A DNA stretch of 32,000 nt from Micrococcus luteus NCTC 2665 (GTDB taxonomy: Bacteria > Actinomycetota > Actinomycetes > Actinomycetales > Micrococcaceae). The stretch spans positions 1,500,001-1,532,000 of the forward strand of contig NC_012803.1 in NCBI RefSeq assembly GCF_000023205.1. The letters are read 5' to 3'. Of the stretch, positions 28,567 to 32,000 are shown piece by piece. The position numbers and the translations under genes were made by a program. The stretch's first letter is position 1; each line of letters opens with the position of its first letter. The notes below the pieces were generated by a model, which had not been told where the DNA came from, did no database searches, and saw nothing but the letters and a program-made list of their open reading frames with translations.

Positions 28567-28865
28567 TCGCGTTCATCGACGCGAACAAGGATGACCTGGT
28601 CGACGGTCCCCGGCTCGGAGTCGAGCTCATCTGCACGCTGCTGCAGGTGGCTCCGAGCAGCTACTACGCCGCCAAGACCCGCGCCCCCTCGGCTCGCGCG
28701 GTGCGGGACGAGGAGCTGATCCCGCAGCTGGTCGAGCTCGGGGAGACGAACTACCGCGTCTATGGAATCCGCAAGCTCTGGAAAGCCGCCGGCCGGGCGG
28801 GGATCATGATCGGCCGAGACCAGACCGCTCGGCTGATGCGCGCTGCAGGCATCGAGGGTGCGCGG
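28449..28865 (+). pseudogene. IS3-family transposase OrfB, 5' part (-1 frame), cut by the IS256 insertion
   Basis: -1 frame open from 28449: ..PPLPEVVAFIDANKDDLVDGPRLGVELICTLLQVAPSSYYAAKTR..YGIRKLWKAAGRAGIMIGRDQTARLMRAAGIEGAR, then IS256 IR sequence. Confidence 0.8.
28858..28865. repeat. Target-site duplication GTGCGCGG (left copy) of the IS256-family element
   Basis: Identical 8-mer at 30300-30307, immediately outside both IRs. Confidence 0.9.
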
Positions 28866-30299
28866 GGGCGTGTCAACTTGTCTGTGTAAGCGGGGTGGTC
28901 ACAGGTAGGGGTTGATCCGGTCGGGGTAGGCCGCGGCGAGCTGGGCGAGGGCCTGCTTCCAGTTCGTGACGGCCTGGCCTTCGACGAGCCGGCCCTGGGC
29001 TTTGCGCTGGCCGGCGGGTTTGCCCCGGTCCCGAGCGCGTTCGGCGGCGCGTTTGTCTTCGATGTTGCAGATCGCCAGCCAGAGCAGCTTCACCGCCGCC
29101 TCGGTCGAGGGGAAGTGGCCGCGGTTCTTGGTCACCTTCCGTAGCTGGAAGTTCAGCGACTCGATGCTGTTGGTCGTGTAGATGACCTTGCGGAGCATGG
29201 GTGGGAACTGCAGGAACGGGATGAACCGCTCCCAGGAGTTCGCCCAGGTCGCGGCTGCAGACGGGTACTTCGTGCCGAGCTCGGAGGCCTCGAACTCGGC
29301 CAGCGCCTTCCTCGCGGTCTCTTCGTTGGGGGCGGTGTAGATCGGCTTCAGCGCGGCGGCGACCTTCTTGCGGTCCTGGTAGGCCACGAACCGCATCGCG
29401 GCCCGGATCAGGTGAACCACGCAGGTCTGGACCATCGAGTCCGGCCACGTCGCCTCGATCGCCTCCGGCAGGCCCTTGAGCCCGTCGCAGCACACGATCA
29501 GCACGTCCTGCACGCCCCGGTTGGCGAGATCGGCGCAGACGTGGGCCCAGAACGCCGAGCCCTCGGTGTCCTGGACCCAGATCCCCAGCACGTGCTTGAT
29601 GCCCTCGAGGTCCACGCCGACGGCGATGTAGGCGGCACGGTTGAGGACCTGGCTGTTCTCTCGGATCTTGATCCGGATTGCGTCGAGATAGATCACCGGA
29701 TAGAACTCCTCCAGCGGCCGCGACTGCCACGCCAGGACCTCTTCGCTCACGGCGTCGGTGATGTTGGAGATCGTCTCGTGCGACAGGTCCGTGCCGATCG
29801 TGGAGGCCAGGTGGTGCTGGATGTCCCGGATCGTCATTCCGCCGGCATAGAGGCTGATGATCATGTCATCCAGGCCCCCGAGGCGCCGCTGGCCCTTGGG
29901 CACCAGGCGCGGGGTGAACGACCCGCCCCGGTCTCGCGGGACGTCCAGCTCGATCGGCCCGACCTCGGACTCCACGGTCTTCGGGGTGGTCCCGTTGCGG
30001 GAGTTGGCGTGCTTCGGCGCCTCGCTCGAGCCCTTCTCGTAGCCCAGATGGCTGGTCAGCTCGGCCTGCAGGCCCCGCTCGAGCGCGGCCTTGACCAGCG
30101 CGGGCACGAACCCGCCGTCACCGGTGAGCTCGACGCCGCCCGCGTCGATCTGCGCGAACAGGGCATCAAGCTGCCCTGAGGCTTTCAGCTGCTCGACCAG
30201 GTCCTGGCCCGAGGGCTCGCCTGGGTTCTTCTCGTCGATCATGGTCATGATTCTTACCGTTCCTCTCGGTACGGCTTACACAGACCATCTGACACGCCC
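28866..30299 (-). mobile_element. Intact IS256-family insertion sequence (1434 bp)
   Basis: 26-bp IRs GGGCGTGTCAACTTGTCTGTGTAAGC (28866-28891) and the reverse complement of 30274-30299, GGGCGTGTCAGATGGTCTGTGTAAGC (23/26). Perfect 8-bp TSD. A single 449-aa transposase ORF. Confidence 0.92.
28899..30248 (-). CDS. IS256-family (Mutator-type) transposase
   Basis: 449 aa. LVKAALERGLQAELTSHLGYEK, PRDRGGSFTPRLVPK, IYLDAIRIKIRE, VCCDGLKGLPEAIEATWP, QTCVVHLIR, YTTNSIESLNFQLRKVTKNRGHFPS. Confidence 0.95.
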   Translation of the reverse strand: MTMIDEKNPGEPSGQDLVEQLKASGQLDALFAQIDAGGVELTGDGGFVPALVKAALERGLQAELTSHLGYEKGSSEAPKHANSRNGTTPKTVESEVGPIELDVPRDRGGSFTPRLVPKGQRRLGGLDDMIISLYAGGMTIRDIQHHLASTIGTDLSHETISNITDAVSEEVLAWQSRPLEEFYPVIYLDAIRIKIRENSQVLNRAAYIAVGVDLEGIKHVLGIWVQDTEGSAFWAHVCADLANRGVQDVLIVCCDGLKGLPEAIEATWPDSMVQTCVVHLIRAAMRFVAYQDRKKVAAALKPIYTAPNEETARKALAEFEASELGTKYPSAAATWANSWERFIPFLQFPPMLRKVIYTTNSIESLNFQLRKVTKNRGHFPSTEAAVKLLWLAICNIEDKRAAERARDRGKPAGQRKAQGRLVEGQAVTNWKQALAQLAAAYPDRINPYL

Positions 30300-30307
30300 G
30301 TGCGCGG
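30300..30307. repeat. Target-site duplication GTGCGCGG (right copy)
   Basis: See 28858-28865. Confidence 0.9.
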
Positions 30308-31027
30308 CGGTCGAAGAGGGTCAAGACCACCCGGCCGGACCCGGCCTCGGCGCGGCACCCGGACCTCGTGAAGCGGGAGTTCACCGCGCCTGCCCCGAAC
30401 CGGCTCTGGGTCACCGACCTGGCGTTCGTGCCGACGTGGGCCGGCGTCGCGTACGTCTGCTTCATCGTCGACGCGTTCAGCAGGATGATCGTAGGGTGGC
30501 GGTGCGCGTCACACATGCGCACCGAGATGGTCCTCGACGCGATCGAGATGGCCCGCTGGTCCCGCGGCGCTCGCCACGAGGACCTGCGCTGTCACAGCGA
30601 CGCGGGGTCTCAATTCACCTCCATTCGCTACGGCGAACGCCTCGCCGAGATCGGAGCGACACTGTCGATCGGGACCGTCGGGGACAGTTATGACAACGCC
30701 CTGGCCGAGACCGTGAACGGCTATGACAAGGCCGAGCTCGTCCGCGGACCCGCACGGCCAGGTCCCTGGCGAACGGTCGAGGACCTCGAGCTCGCGACCC
30801 TCGGGTGGGTGTCCTGGCACAACACGCAACGCCTCCACGGCTACCTCGGCGACGTCCCACCCGCCGAGTTCGAGGACACGTTCTATGCTGTCGAAGCCGG
30901 CCGCGAACAGTTGTCGGAATCAAATAGCGCGAGTCTCCATCAGACCCAGGGCGCTTCAGGGCCAACGCTCTGGTCACCGACGAGATCGATTTTGGATCGA
31001 GCCGCTCGGCCACTGAGGACGTTCTGA
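30308..31027 (+). pseudogene. IS3-family transposase OrfB, 3' part (DDE catalytic core)
   Basis: Continues in frame after removing the IS256 and one TSD copy: RSKRVKTTRPDPASARHPDLVKREFTAPAPNRLWVTDL..VDAFSRMIVGW..HSDAGSQFTS..GDSYDNALAETVNG. The frame reads through the IRR and stops 69 nt outside the IS. Confidence 0.8.
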
Positions 31028-31114
31028 ATTCCCGGGGATATAAGTCGAGCCGAACGCCGAACCGTAGGGTCTGTCTCGATCAGTTTGTGCTAAGGAATAT
31101 GTCAGGCACGGAAA

Positions 31115-31153
31115 GAGGCCCAGGCGCTCCCCTCGAGGGAGTACCTGGGCCTC
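31115..31153. terminator. Long nested hairpin 45 nt downstream of the tRNA-Pro 3' end
   Basis: GAGGCCCAGG-cg-CTCCC-ctcga-GGGAG-ta-CCTGGGCCTC. Flanked by TCTTTCC on the minus strand and ATTCCATTTTCCC on the plus strand. Confidence 0.5.
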
Positions 31154-31195
31154 ATTCCATTTTCCCTCGTCAGATGCGGACTCTGACCCGTGGGA

Positions 31196-31210
31196 ACGTG
31201 GTCGGGCTAG
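31196..31210. repeat. Right copy of the 15-bp direct repeat ACGTGGTCGGGCTAG (the genuine tRNA-Pro 3' end plus 3 nt)
   Basis: Identical to 24431-24445. Covers tRNA positions ..C-TAGCCCG-A-CCA on the minus strand. Confidence 0.9.
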
Positions 31211-31275
31211 CGGGATTTGAACCCACGACCTCTTGACCCCCAGTCAAGCGCGCTACCAAGCTGCGCCATAGCCCG
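31199..31275 (-). tRNA. tRNA-Pro (anticodon GGG), CCA encoded
   Basis: Minus strand: CGGGCTA-TG-GCGC-AGCTTGGTA-GCGC-G-CTTGA-CTGGGGG-TCAAG-AGGTC-GTGGG-TTCAAAT-CCCGC-TAGCCCG-A-CCA. Full cloverleaf, 77 nt, U33, G37. Confidence 0.93.
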
Positions 31276-31651
31276 TGGCGAATCGCGGTCATCCGCGCTT
31301 CAGCACCCCACGAGCATACCCCACCCGCACCGCCGGACGCGAATCCGGAGCGGGCCGGCCGGGCCGTCGTCGTCAGGGGCGAACGGCGCGACACTACCGG
31401 AACGTGAACAAGGGGCCCACGTCCTCTTCACAGACGTGAACCCCTCATCCCTTGACCGAGGGCCACCCGACCGAGAGTCCCCCAGCGACCGCGGCCCCGG
31501 CGCACCGGTGGGCCTGGCGGTCTGCACGAACCCTCTCATGACTGAGGGTGCAGTCGTGCACGGGTGAAGCGTAACACGCTGAGCCGCTCCGATCCGCCGT
31601 TCCGGGCGGGTCGAAGAGGCGTGTCGGGGGGCATAGATCCCCGTGGGAGGG

Positions 31652-32000
31652 TCAGTACGTGAAGGTCCGGTCCCCCACGCGGAATTCGACGTCCTTCAGG
31701 TCCGGGATGGCGTTGCGGGCCTGCTCCGCCGCCTCCCGCATCGTCTCCTCGAGGACCTGGGGATCGGCCTCGAGCAGGGACTGGCCGTACTCGATGACCA
31801 CCTTCCCGTCCTCCCGGAGGGCCTCGACGTCGACGATGTCCGAACCGGAGGGCAGGGATCGCGTCAGGTCCTCGACGACCTCGGCGGCGCGCTGGTCCGC
31901 CTCTGCGAGGGCGTCCTCGGCCTCCTGGCGCAGCTGCCCCAGGTCCACGCGGTCCGACGCGTCCGCCTCCAGCTCGCTGATCCGGTCCTCGGCCTGGGCG
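31652..32000 (-). CDS. Hypothetical acidic protein, C-terminal part (frame stays open to the window edge)
   Basis: ..AQAEDRISELEADASDRVDLGQLRQEAEDALAEADQRAAEVVEDL..VIEYGQSLLEADPQVLEETMREAAEQARNAIPDLKDVEFRVGDRTFTY. High GC3 coding signal, no recognisable family. Confidence 0.55.
   Translation of the reverse strand, partial: AQAEDRISELEADASDRVDLGQLRQEAEDALAEADQRAAEVVEDLTRSLPSGSDIVDVEALREDGKVVIEYGQSLLEADPQVLEETMREAAEQARNAIPDLKDVEFRVGDRTFTY

Larger units (their letters stand above)
28168..30958 (+). mobile_element. IS3-family insertion sequence (about 1.35 kb once restored), interrupted by an IS256-family element
   Basis: IRL TGAAGCGCCCTGGGTTTGTTGGAGGCTC (28168-28195) versus the reverse complement of IRR 30931-30958, TGAAGCGCCCTGGGTCTGATGGAGACTC (25/28, TG..CA ends). 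orfA/orfB are in 0/-1 frames. No matching flanking TSD (GAT versus GGG). Confidence 0.85.

Noticed and set aside
30959-31195. Open frames in the spacer between the IS3 right end and tRNA-Pro, considered as a possible integrase remnant
   Set aside because: Translations in all frames gave nothing resembling tyrosine or serine recombinase motifs that I can recognise by eye. The region is left unannotated.

Overview
This is a high-GC actinobacterial chromosome segment (by eye roughly 70% GC or more; the taxon cannot be named without a database search).

Positions 1 to about 24.4 kb hold conserved core genes in an order that mirrors the mycobacterial/corynebacterial layout:
- the start of the dcw cluster (mraZ, rsmH, an ftsL-like gene; minus strand), a DUF3040 gene and dinB
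- a polyprenyl synthase, an Rv2175c-like DNA-binding protein, a 3xLysM+SLT cell-wall enzyme and a PASTA Ser/Thr kinase in the pknL position
- class II DAHP synthase, plsC, an alpha/beta hydrolase and a long-chain acyl-CoA ligase
- a mycothione-reductase-like flavoprotein and pyruvate carboxylase
- the merR / DUF151 nuclease / merR / garA / gcvH block
- a POT peptide transporter inactivated by an 8-bp tandem duplication, then apt

Positions about 24.43-31.21 kb are an IS-riddled accessory segment. It abuts the 3' end of tRNA-Pro(GGG) and is bracketed by a 15-bp direct repeat of that tRNA end. It contains:
- a decayed IS5/IS427-type element
- an ArsR-CDF metal-efflux pair and a truncated second arsR
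- a 5'-truncated, frameshifted IS256-family remnant
- a DUF3024-like gene plus an orphan ORF
- an IS3-family element split by an intact IS256-family element (26-bp IRs, perfect 8-bp TSD)

I found no CRISPR array, no rRNA and no recognisable multi-gene defence or secretion system. The only truly uncharacterised coding content is the small DUF3024/orphan-ORF patch, so the novelty claims here are modest. Most other long ORFs in the six-frame track are antisense artefacts of high GC.
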